From: Diplonema japonicum
Lineage: Eukaryota > Protista > Euglenozoa: Diplonemea
Length of the DNA stretch: 64,000 nt
Assembly (NCBI GenBank): GCA_964019335.1
Contig: OZ025733.1
Location: 310,001-374,000 of the forward strand
Direction: 5' to 3'
The notes beneath the pieces are model-generated. The model ran no database searches and was not told where the DNA came from. It saw only the letters and a program-made list of their open reading frames with translations. This document shows, in pieces, positions 23,591 through 35,000 of this stretch. The number at the start of each line of letters is the position of its first letter. The stretch's first letter is position 1. The translations under genes were made by a program, and so were the position numbers.

Positions 23591-25282
23591 ATGCTTATAG
23601 CCGATATGACAGCTGATCACGTGGCAGCGTGGCTGACCTCTGAAGGTCAGGCCTCTGCTGCCGAGGTGCTCAAGGCTCAAGATATTACAGGAGACGTACT
23701 TGAAGACCTGACCCGGAGTGATCTGATTGAGATGGGAATCACCACGACAGGCTCAATACTGAGGGTGCTGAAGTACATCAAACAACTGTTGGATCGTGGG
23801 GAGGTCACTCTGGAGGAAGAGGTGGAGGAGGAGGTTGAAGAGGAACCCACCCCAACCAACACAAAGAAGATTAATTACGTGATTGAGGCCTTTTGGGACA
23901 TTGCGAACTGCCACCCCCCCGAAAATCCCGAGAAGCAAGCAGCCTTCATCCAAGTCCTGAAGGACCACATCGGGCGCAGCATCGATCCGACCGGCGGATG
24001 GAATGCGCACTCCGCCATGTTCAACGGTAAGTACTACAATAAACGGTTCACTTCCAATTGTTTGAAGGCCGCTGGCTTCCAGCTTGTGGATGTCGGTACG
24101 AAGAAGGATGCCGACGACCATGTGATGAAGGACGACATTATGAAGCTCACGAACCACGAGCACTTGATGAAGGAGAACGTGGTCGTTGTCATCATCACTG
24201 GGGACACCGACTTCTCCGAGGTGATCGGAACCTGTCAGAGGGCCTTCTTGAATACGATATTAGTGCACAACAAACACACCCCGCAAGCAATGAAGAACCG
24301 CATCACCAGCAAGAGCAGGGTCCTGGCAATGGAGGACATAAAACGCGAGGCAGCAATTGAGGTAGTAGAGGTAGATGACCGCATTACTGAAACAATTGAC
24401 GACGTGCCCTTACATCGTGTTGAAGAAGAACCTGAAGAACCTACCTTCAAAGTGATAAGGACAGAAACAGATGACAGGAGCAGCGCCACGGAAGAACTGT
24501 CAGACGCACCATCTGTGCCGCTTCCCGCTGACAAGAAGGATGTCACCCCACACACACCGAAGATGGATGAGGACTTCCCTCCATTGGGAAACAATGTTGG
24601 GTACGCAAATGCTGCAAAGAAGGAAACAAGCACACCCTCACGCAAGAAACAGATTGTAACGGCTCCAAGTGTTTCGACTCCCTCCAAGACAACTGTTACC
24701 CCTAAGAAGAATCAGTCATCGCTGCCAGCAAGTCTCTTAAAGGACAAACCGCTTAACTGGAAGAAGAAGTTGTGTGATAAACACGCACGCGGTCAGTGCA
24801 ATATGAAGAAGGAAGAGTGTCCCTTCGCCCATGGCCCGAGTGACATCCGTGTCACCGCGCCCATCCCCGCTGAGAACCGCAAGAAGACGCTCTGCATGCA
24901 CTGGGAGGTCGGGAACTGCTACTTGAAAAAAGAGGACTGCAACTACGCCCACGGGGCGGACGACATTCAGAGGAGAAGCAATGTGCCCTACAAGATGACG
25001 ATGTGCCCTCAAAAGGACTCGTGTCCATATGGTAAACATTGCACTTATGCGCACAGTGTTGATGAGATGCCTGAAGAGCAACAAAGGGAGTACAAGATGA
25101 GGCTGTGTAGGCAGTATTACAATGATTTCTCCTGCAAGTTTGGGAAGAGCTGTAAGGAAGCCCACGGTGAGGAGGAGTTGCGGTGCCCAAGAGTGAAGAG
25201 CAAGTCGCCTTTTACTTGTGATCACTGGATGCAGGGATTCTGTGAGAGGGGCAACAGAGGGTGCAAGTTCGAACACAAGTAA
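23591..25282 (+). CDS. SAM + NYN (MARF1/limkain-type PIN-like RNase) + 5 CCCH zinc-finger protein (paralogue B)
   Basis: SAM; NYN motifs FWDIANC, KKDADD, ITGDTDFS; five CCCH fingers, several with TTP-like YK..LC lead-ins. Confidence 0.85.
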   Translation: MLIADMTADHVAAWLTSEGQASAAEVLKAQDITGDVLEDLTRSDLIEMGITTTGSILRVLKYIKQLLDRGEVTLEEEVEEEVEEEPTPTNTKKINYVIEAFWDIANCHPPENPEKQAAFIQVLKDHIGRSIDPTGGWNAHSAMFNGKYYNKRFTSNCLKAAGFQLVDVGTKKDADDHVMKDDIMKLTNHEHLMKENVVVVIITGDTDFSEVIGTCQRAFLNTILVHNKHTPQAMKNRITSKSRVLAMEDIKREAAIEVVEVDDRITETIDDVPLHRVEEEPEEPTFKVIRTETDDRSSATEELSDAPSVPLPADKKDVTPHTPKMDEDFPPLGNNVGYANAAKKETSTPSRKKQIVTAPSVSTPSKTTVTPKKNQSSLPASLLKDKPLNWKKKLCDKHARGQCNMKKEECPFAHGPSDIRVTAPIPAENRKKTLCMHWEVGNCYLKKEDCNYAHGADDIQRRSNVPYKMTMCPQKDSCPYGKHCTYAHSVDEMPEEQQREYKMRLCRQYYNDFSCKFGKSCKEAHGEEELRCPRVKSKSPFTCDHWMQGFCERGNRGCKFEHK

Positions 25283-26511
25283 ATTAGGAGGGGGGACAGA
25301 GAGAGAAGCACAATACCGTATTCAGAAAATATGTCATAAAAAAATCGAATATCAGATTTGGAGCCCGGTTGCCTGAAGTGCCCAAATTGAATAAAAAAAA
25401 ATTTTTTTTTTGTTTGGGGACCTATGTTTCCAAACCTGGTCCCTGATACAAGGAGTGGTTTTTTTAGCAGGTTTGGCAAAATAGTAGCCTCTCCGCGGAC
25501 TTGTGCAAGTGAAGGTTTTTTTTTTCCTTCTTTTTTTCGCATTAAGTCCAAAATCCCAGCAAAACGACAAAATCCATTTTTTCATTTGTGGAAACATATT
25601 TATAAATACGGGAACAGCCTCTTTGTGTGTTTTTTCTTTTTTTTAGGTGGTGGGGATAACATGGAAATATAAGAAGTACATCAGATGTGTTGTTCGCTGT
25701 TGACCTCCTCGTCGGTCATCACCGGTAGCACCCGAGTGGAAGAACGTAACGCGGATGCTCAGGGTGACGAACAGGCAGCAAACTGCACGAGTGCAGAATC
25801 TTGGTTACCTGGGACGCCCCGGCAAGGGTTGAGCACACCGCACGCATTAAGGACACGACGCGGAACGCAGAAGAAGCTACAACTCGGCCGAGGAGCGCCC
25901 CCCTGTAATCAAGTAGGTAGTTCGTGCTTCATTGCACGCTTAACGCCACCTAGTGTTGCAATCAAAGCCCCATTTTTTTTTCTTTTTTTTGTTTGAGATA
26001 TCGGGGGTATTTCAAAAAGGTGGGAAACAAAAACATAACCAGATTTTGCATGAACACAGTTCTATTGCAATAATAAATCCCTATCCTGATTAAAAAATAA
26101 TATTATTGTATGACAACTCATCCATTGTTGTGAGAAACTCTGATTTAAATTTGAAAACTAGTTATAAAAAAAAAAAAAAAAAAAAAGAAAACTTTCTCAT
26201 TAACGAAGAATATTTTTTGTGTGAAATTCTTCTTTTGCATCGCATTTTTTTTTTCTTCTTCTGGAGAAGGGGGGGTCGTTACTAAACACCCCCCCCAAAA
26301 AAAAGAAGAAAAAATAATGCACACATGTTGCTCGGATTTAAAAATGTTGTTTTTTTTTTTCAGGCGTCCTGTCACATACTAGATGCAAACACTAGATGAG
26401 TTGATTGTCGTTAGGCGATCCTGTCACATACTGCAGGTTCCCTTCAAAGACATCTTTTTTTTTTTTTTTTTTTTACCTGGGGAAATGAACTCCTGATTTT
26501 CATTTCCCCCT

Positions 26512-26545
<34 letters not shown>

Positions 26546-27541
26546 TCTTTTTTTATGGGGATAAAATTTCGTTTTGTAAGATGCCGCTTGGCTTGCTTCT
26601 AGCTATGTATGAAATGAACTTCACTATTGGTTTGAAACTTTATTCCCCCGGTAAAAAAAAAAAAGAAGGAAAAAAAAAAAAAAAGAGAAAACAATCATCT
26701 CCACTACCCTCCCACCTCTTAGTTTAGGGGTACTCCTCTTGTCAGGTTAGCCTTTTGGATGCACTCTATATAAAGAAAAAAAAAAAGAAAAAAAGAAAAC
26801 TCGTTAGTGTCCCCCACCTTTTTGTTGGAAAGGAAACAAAAAAAAAATAACTTCTTTTAACACGATAACAAAGAGGAGAAACAAAAACAAAGAAAATACT
26901 TTCCCCCCCTCCCTTTTTTTTTTTTTCTCTCTCCTTTCCTGTCATGATGAGAACGAAAGCTAAGCTCCGAAACGCTTACGGCGCAAGAAAGCCTCAAAGT
27001 GGTATTATTTTATTTTTTGAGTTTTCCTTCTTTTTTTTTTGCTCTGTTGGTTAGTAAGCCAAAACGTTCACTGTTACAGTGAAATTCTCAAAAAAAAAAA
27101 GAAAAAGATTAAAAAAAGGGGGGGGAAAGATGTGTGGCATCATTATGCCGTACATTCCAAAGAAATCTTTTTTTTTTGTATGCCGTTACACACAAGGGAA
27201 TTACTTTGCCTTCTTGACCATGCCCTTTCTTTGGGTCGTTTGTGGAGGTTAAGAAGATTTCTTTTTTTTTTTTGTAGTTCCCCTCTTTTCCCCCCCCCCC
27301 CCCCCCCACACACTGCCTTTAAAACACGGTTTTCCAAATATATTTTTCAACAAAGCAGCCCAGCTTTGAGGAGCCGGGCTAACACAGGGAAAATGCCGTA
27401 TCCCCAAAATTTCCTTTCCCACCTCAAATTTGAACAACCCAACCAAAAAAGAAAAAAAAAAGATTTTTGTGTGACTTTCGAATATTTTGCTCATTATATA
27501 TTTGATACCGTTCAAGGGGGGAAAAAAGCGATTTATTATTC

Positions 27542-27769
27542 GACAAACCGCTTAACTGGAAGAAGAAGTTGTGTGATAAACACGCACGGAGAAGCAATGT
27601 GCCCTACAGGGTGATGATGTGCCGTCAAAAGGACTCGTGTCCATATGGCAAACATTGCACTTATGCGCACAGTGTTGATGAGATGCCTGAAGTGCAACAA
27701 AGGGAGTACAAGATGAGGTTGTGTAGGCAGTAGTTTGGGAAGATCTGTAAGGAAGCCCACGGTGAGGAG
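27542..27769 (+). pseudogene. Internally deleted relic of the paralogue B zinc-finger region
   Basis: Near-identical to 24743-24789 joined to 24973-25116 joined to 25138 onward; about 183-nt and 21-nt deletions plus point changes. Confidence 0.85.
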
Positions 27770-27778
27770 TTTTTTTTT

Positions 27779-28258
27779 TCTCGTAGGGATCATTTTAAGG
27801 GGGCAGCAAGACTTTAGGCCTCCAGGCTCAAGTCAAAGGTGGTTAACGACACCTCCCCTCAAGCTGCCTTCATCATGATTGGTGATGTGTGGCTTTTCTT
27901 TTTTTTCCCCCCCATCCCCCCCCCTCCATTTTTCTTTCTCATAGGGGACGAAGTTTTCATCAAAGTTCAAGAAAAGGCGTGGGTGCTAAATGATGATAAA
28001 AAATAGTTCAGCCGATTATCTGTTCCCCGTGACCCCTACTGTTCTTTTGAACAATGCGGAAACTGATGATCGGTACGGGGGGGGGGGGTCTTTTTCTCTC
28101 GTAGGGGATCATTTTAAGGGGGCAGCAAGACTTTAGGCCACCTGGCTCAAGTCAAAGGTGGTTAACGACACCTCCCCTCAAGCTAGTTGCCTTCATCATG
28201 ATTGGTGGTGTGGCTTTTCTCCTTTTTTTTTTCCTCACCCCCTCCATTTTTCTTTCTC
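27779..28258 (+). repeat. ~160-bp direct duplication (27779-27940 and 28097-28258)
   Basis: tcgtagggatcattttaagggggcagcaagactttaggcc...ggctcaagtcaaaggtggttaacgacacctcccctcaagct...catcatgattggtg occurs twice. Confidence 0.9.
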
Positions 28259-29053
28259 GTGTGAAGTGTTCAAATGGTTATCTCACCACCACTTGACACT
28301 GGACTTCCTCTATTACAAGAGCCCCCCGTGTTTGAGGATCAGCATGATCGACTTGGTTGACCAGTACACCGGTCCACCTTGAGCGGTACGGTTAAATTAT
28401 GTAAGTTGTTTTTTTTTTTTTTTTTTTTTTGAACTTCCTCTCTTTTCAAGCTCAAGGGACCCCCTATTCCCCCCCCCCTTTTTTTGGTTCTTTTACTTCA
28501 TTTTTTTATTGCATGCGGCTCTCGTGCGGAGTTTGCATGTATCATTGCCTTTTTATTTTTTTTCAAGCTCTTGTTAGATGTGGAACGGTTTTCTGAGGCG
28601 GGTTCCGGGAAGCATATAGCAAGGCAAAGGTCTGCTAGCAGGCTGCTGACTAAGTACAATTACAGGGAGTTGCAGGAATTATGAATATTTTCTGGAGGAG
28701 TATCTGAGACTTGTCCGCACTTGTCAGTATTTAAGGGGCGGCAAGCGAACCCCCTTTTTTTCCCCTTCCCTTCATAGGTTTCGATCTTCTCTTCAACACC
28801 TCCTCGTGTCCGGTGCTCCTAAGCAACCTCGAAGGGCATCTTTGCGGTGAGCACGTGTTGGACTGAAGTCGGAACCATTAAGTAGTGAAACAAGAAAACC
28901 TCATTTGATTTGCCTTTTCTTTGAAATTATTATTTTTTTTTTTTTTTTTTTTTTTGTTAACAAGTATTTAATTTTACAACAGGGAAGGCCTCGCAACCCC
29001 AATGTGGGACTGCATCGGCTAGACACGCACAATACGCAAAAAAAAAAAATAGA

Positions 29054-32000
29054 ATGACGACAAACCCAAACTTATTGACCCGCCCCGGGAGCCCCCTGAT
29101 GGACCTGGGGAGGAGGGGGTCATCGCAGGTACCTGGCGGGCTGGGGATAGGCTTGAACTCATGGAGGAGGATGAAGGGTGGCATGGGCCCCCCGCCCCCG
29201 AAGCGGCGGGTGAGCATCTTCAAGAGCGACAAGGTAGTGAAGGATGGAGACAAAGGGCACAAGGACGGGCAGGAGGTCGAGCTTTGCGAAGGCCTTCCGA
29301 GGGGGCTGAGGGCACTGACGGTCCCGCAGGGCTTGAAGGTTCCAGGTTTGCAGCATTCTATATACGGATGCACTGCACAGTGGCCTTTACCGCCTCTGCG
29401 TGAGAGGAGCAAAGAGCAGGATGACCCTGTGCTGCAGTCGCCGAGGGCGCCCCCGCAGCGGTATGATGATGACACGAGCCTGACGTTGGAAGCGTTGCGA
29501 GCGTCGCACAGTTCGACCTTCCGGGTGATCAAAGAGTCGCAGGGGAGGCCGTCCACACCTACTTCGCGGGGAGGGGCACCCCGCAGTCTCACGTTGCAGG
29601 CCGACACCAACACAGTGCAGGTGTACCTCACCTCCCCCACATGCTCCGAAGGGATGACAATGACGCACCTCTTCCTGTGCGGCACTAACATAGGCGACAT
29701 CGTCCTGTACCAAACCACCGAGCTGCAGCCTGTCGAGCCCCTGCGCCCCTCAGATCTTGCCAATGTTGTTGACGGTGACTACGAACGCCCACCACCCGAC
29801 GCCGACCAGCAGGTCATTCGTGGAGATAAAATGACCATTTTCAAGGGCGGCAGCGACTCCCTTGGCTGGAAAGAGTTCCGGGTCGTGTCCCCCAAGCGGT
29901 GCGTCTCCGCTCTCCTCATCATCCTCATGAAGACAGACGACCACCTCAACACCTCCTCCACACTCGGCGCCTCTCTTGGCTGGCGGAAGCTCCACCAAAA
30001 GGTCACATCCGAGAACGCCTCGCAAGCCACACTGTCCATCGAAGGCAGCTGCGCTGGGACTAAATGGAAAGAGCTTTCCCCCTTCTTCCTGTGTTCCTTC
30101 CACCTGGACGGTGTCAAGTGGACCAGCTCTGAGCATTACTACCAAGCGATGAAGTTCAACGATGGGGGTCTGCAGCAGGACGTTGCTAATGCGGAGACAG
30201 CAGAGACAGCTACCGCGTTAGGGAAGCAACTGGGTCCCATCCGAGCTGACTGGCTGGAGGCACGTGAGGACATCATGTACGCAGCTATGAAGGCAAAGTT
30301 TGAGCAGAATCAGGACTGCAAGAAGGTGTTGCTGTCGACTGGTACGAAGAAGCTGCTGTTCCCGAATGGGAAGAACCCCTTCTGGTGTTCACGGTCGAGC
30401 GACAGCACCGAGCCTACCAACATCTATGGGTATCTTCTGGAGAAGCTGCGTTCGGAGTTCCAGTCCGAAGAGACGCGTCGGGGGTTGCGCAGGACAGCGA
30501 TGGCACTGCAGCTAGACAGCATCGAGGTGGTTGGCTACGACTCACTGGTGCACCCAGTCACGTCTGTGTCGTCGAAAGACCTTCTGCGCGTGAAGGAGCG
30601 TGTCGTCACTCCGCTGTACCTGTCCGTCTTGCAAAACGACGTGGAAGCAGTCCGCCGTCAAGTGCAGGTCATCAAAACCCACCACGACATCAATGTGGTC
30701 GAAGCGGTACTTCGAGCAGGCCTCCCTGGAGGTACTGCTTCTGGATCGACATGTCTCCATGCAGCAGCCAAGCTGGGACATGTTGAAATTCTGAAGATCC
30801 TCCTCCAGCACGGTGCCGACCCACAGATACAGAACGATAGGCTGTCCACACCGCTCCACGCAGCGGCACGATCAGGGCACACCGAGTGCATGGAGTTGTT
30901 GTTGAGGGACAAAAACGGGCACTCTGCCGCCATGATCATGGACTGCGTGGGTTCCACGCCCCTTATGGTCGCCGTCGAGTCGCGCAAGAAGGCAGTTATC
31001 CGGCAGCTGTTGTCTTTAGGGAGTGAGGTGACGGACGCTGTGCGTGTCTCCGACAACGCGACATTGATGCACATCGCAGCCAAGCGTCTTGACGTTTCGA
31101 CCCTGCTGCTCTTGAAAGACCACAAGGAACACGCCACTTACGTCACGGTGAACAACGAAACGCCGCTGCACTGGGCGTTCAAAGGTGGGAAGGAGAACGA
31201 CGAGGACAAGTTGTCAGATCTGAAAATGCAGCGTGTGGGCGAAAAGCAGAGCAAAGTGATCGACGTGTTGCTTGAGTACGGTGCCGACCTGCGCGGGGTG
31301 ACAGACGAGGGCGTCAACGCCATGCATCTAGCAGCTGAGAATGGGAGCGAGCTGGGGCTGTCGGCTCTGTTGAAGGCGGCCGGAGAGAACTGGCACGACC
31401 TGCTGTACCAAGAAACAGACGACGGGTACACTCCGCTGATGAAGGCCGGGAAGATGAACCACATCGGAACCATGAGCCTGATCCTCACGAGGCGATGGAA
31501 TGCACGGGGTGGCACGACGTCGTTCGTCCAGAGTGGCGGTTGGAACGAAATGAACTTAATGCAAGCGCTTGTCGTCGCTGCCGAGGCAGGGCACAACGAG
31601 GTGCTCACTGAATTCGGACCGAGAGTGCAGCTACGCGCCTTCACTGCAGGGTACGACTGGTCGCTGGCGTTGCTGCTCGCCGCAGAGAACGGCAACACGG
31701 AGATAATGAGATTCCTACTTGGGAAGGAGGTTTTGCCAAACGCGCGACTGTTTGATGGGCACCCGGAGCAGGAGAAGTTCGGGGATGCAACACCGCTACT
31801 GATCGCGTCGAAGAAAGCGGACCATGAGATCGTGAATATGCTGCTGGAGCAAGCTGACAACTACATGTCGAAGGCAGACATCTTGGAGTGGTTTACATGT
31901 AGACATAACATGCGGGGGCACACACCGCTGCTGGCGGCAATCCACGCGTTCGAAGAGATGGGCGACGCGGCGCTGCAAACGGTGGACCTGCTCCTCGCGT

Positions 32001-35000
32001 TTGCGAAGATTTGCGATATCAACATCAACACAATGAACATAGGCCAGGAGGACCCGTGGCTCGTGATCTGTAACCACGGAGTAGAGATCGAGCTGGACGA
32101 CCCAACGGCAGCGGGAAGAAAGATCCCTGTAGCACACGGCAGTGAAGTGGGCGTTATCGAGATCGTGAACGACTACCACGTGCATGTGGCATCACCGCAT
32201 CAGGGGTGGATCACAATCGATGACCCGACAAGCCCGCCCATAGCACAAATGGAGACACCATTGCACGCTGCTGTCTCAACCAAAAGCAAAGAGCTCGTGA
32301 TGCGCATTCTGAACCACTGCAACGTCGATGCCAAGATGCTGCAGGTCGCGTTGGAGCAGCCCGACAAGCGAAGCCTCACCCCGCTGCTCCTCGCAACCAG
32401 CATGCACCTCCCAGACATCTCGAAAATCTTGGTCGAGAAGGGCGCCGACCCCAATGCGAAGAATATCAACCAGGAGACAGTGGTGCACATTTTGGCTAAG
32501 TGGCCTGGCCGGAACTCCGAGGCCGTCATGATGCTGGAATGCTTCTCGGAAAAGGTGTTGAAGAACCGGGCGTATTTTCTGTCCCCCGTTGAAGATTACC
32601 AGACGGACACGATAGGCTACTCTGTAGGGTACAGCACCACGTTGGACATCAAGATACCAGCTGCACGAAGTGTTCTTGTCGACCTGCTGCTGTGCAAATC
32701 GAAGCCCTTCAAAGAACAGGGCGCGATGACTGCATTGGAGACGGCTTGCACGCATGGGGCGGTCGCAGTGGCGGACTGGATTTTACAGCAGTATCACTTT
32801 GCGAAGTCTTATTTAAGCGCAGAACAGATGACAAGAGTGGAGGTTGATAACAGAAGGGGCTTTGAGTTTGCAGCGAAGAAGCTGCCCTTGCACCGTGACA
32901 GAGACAAGCTGACGACGTCGTTCGTCATCCCGAACAGGTCGGCCTCCGTACGGAACACACCAGGCGAGGAGGAACACATCCACTTTGCGGCGATTGTAAA
33001 CCTGATGTTCCAAGCAGGAGTCCCGATACCCCTGTCCATCATGCAACGACCGGACGTTGAAATGCCTGTGGAGACGGAATGGTTGGCACCATTGGAAATG
33101 CTTTTCTCGGTGGTGCTGGAGCTCGAACCCACAGAATTTCCAAGCGAAGAAGAAAACGGGAAAAAGGTCCACCGGCTCATCCTACCCCTGCACCAACAAT
33201 GGATGCCCGACGAACAAGGCGACATGGTACGGTGCACAACCCGGTCGGACGATGTGCTGTTGGCGCTCTCCCGAGCGTTGGAGATGGGCGGTATCGTCTC
33301 GTTCATGAGAAAGACCAAAGTGGGGCAACAGATGATACATGGAGCCCGTCGGCTGACGTCCGGGAGGATCCCGTTCCAAGAAGTGGAGATTTTACAGGTG
33401 ATGAAACACGAGATTCTTGAAAAGGAGAACGTCAGAACACGCTTCGACTTCGTCCTCACGCAAAACGGCGTCCACGTCCAGGTCCAGCTCCTGCGGGCAG
33501 TAGCCGACGAGATCCGGATACGGTTTAAAAAGGACAAGAAGCTCTTGAAGATAGGGTACCTGTGGCACTATAACACGTCCTCTGAGGTGTTGAAGATCGA
33601 CACCACGTCAGACGTGCTGAGCTTCGCGTTCTTCTATGTGGACGACATGGAGACATTCCAGCTTGCGGAGTGGGTGCAGATGCTGATAGACGATGAGATA
33701 TTGGAATACAATATCGACAACGGTTGGTTCCCACTAGGGCAGGCCCTTGACACATGTTTGGACGAGTCCGCACCGATGGTCAACCAGGTTCATTCGCTGC
33801 AAGCGATTATAAGAGACCCTTACTCGTGCGATCGTTACGACCACTTTTTTAAAACGCTGTCAAGGAAGCGTGGGGACGACGCCTTCGAGCTCTTCGAGGA
33901 GCCTGCTGAGGCAAAAGCTGCGGAGGAACGCCTCCATGACCATGCGATCACCTTGACAACCTCTGCTGTCATGTCTCAAACCCTGATGACGTTTCTTCAA
34001 TTCCGTGTTGTGCAACAGAAGCTTAACCCGCTTCGCTTGCTTGACGTGACGGGAGTCATCCTTGAACCCGAACATGAAGATATGCTTGAAAAATGGATCG
34101 GGGCACCCAATGGTGTTTTCTCAAACCTCCAGCTTCTGCGTTTCAACTCCCGCCGGTTTGGTCCCATAGAGGTCACCCCGAAGCTCGGCGAAGAAGCGTC
34201 CGAGGTAAGACCGCTACATTCACTTGCAGCCGACAATTTCACGCTGGACTTGAAGTTCATCACGTGCACTGCGAGAGACGACACCCCAAGGGTAGAGTTC
34301 ATACAGCAAACCGAGTCGACCAAGCTTTACAAGGATTTCCCTGAAGATTTCGACAAGGAAGACCAAGAGAACATCTTAAAAGCCGAAGAGGAGCTGAAAG
34401 CCCTTGTTGACATAGAGGACATGCAGAACGTGCTTTCCATGACCATTGAAAGGCTGCGGGAGCAAGGCGTGCGGTGGAGGTCTTTAAGAGACATCGGGTT
34501 AGGGACAGACGAGGAGTTCGAGGCGCTGTCTTTGAAGAAGAACAAGCAAAAGGTTCAAAGAAAGGCCGCGAAGGAGGCAGAGCGACTCCTCCAAACCTTC
34601 GGGAACTTAGGTAAGGAGAGCTACGTGTTGTACTTCAGCGCGCCGAAGCGATATGACGTTTTATTAAAGCTGATGAACGGAAAACGACAGAAAACCGACA
34701 CTGTTAACGAAATCTTCGACAGATTAGGAACAGGTGGCAGGGGGATACAAATCGACCTGGGTTTGTTCCAAAGCGCAGAAGGTGTTAACTTTCAGTTCGG
34801 GCACGTAAAGGCTTTGTTGGAGTACGTGAAGCGTCACAAGGCTGTCCGTTCCTTGCGGTTCACCGATCTGAACTTCTTGAACGAGAACGAAGAAAATCAA
34901 GAGGCAGCGGTGCGTGAGTTTATACAAGCGAAGCTTCTCCGTGGGTTGACATGCAGGAACATAGACTTCGGGAAGGAGAACAAACATGTTGGGGAGATTT

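Noticed and set aside
26944-26992. atgatgag...cgaaacgc...gcg as hammerhead, box C or SECIS
   Set aside because: Conserved hammerhead C3 and UH are missing; no box D; no in-frame UGA gene upstream.
28284-28370. Integrase-like peptide HLTLDFLYY...DLVDQYT
   Set aside because: Under 30 aa with no further rve motifs or LTRs.
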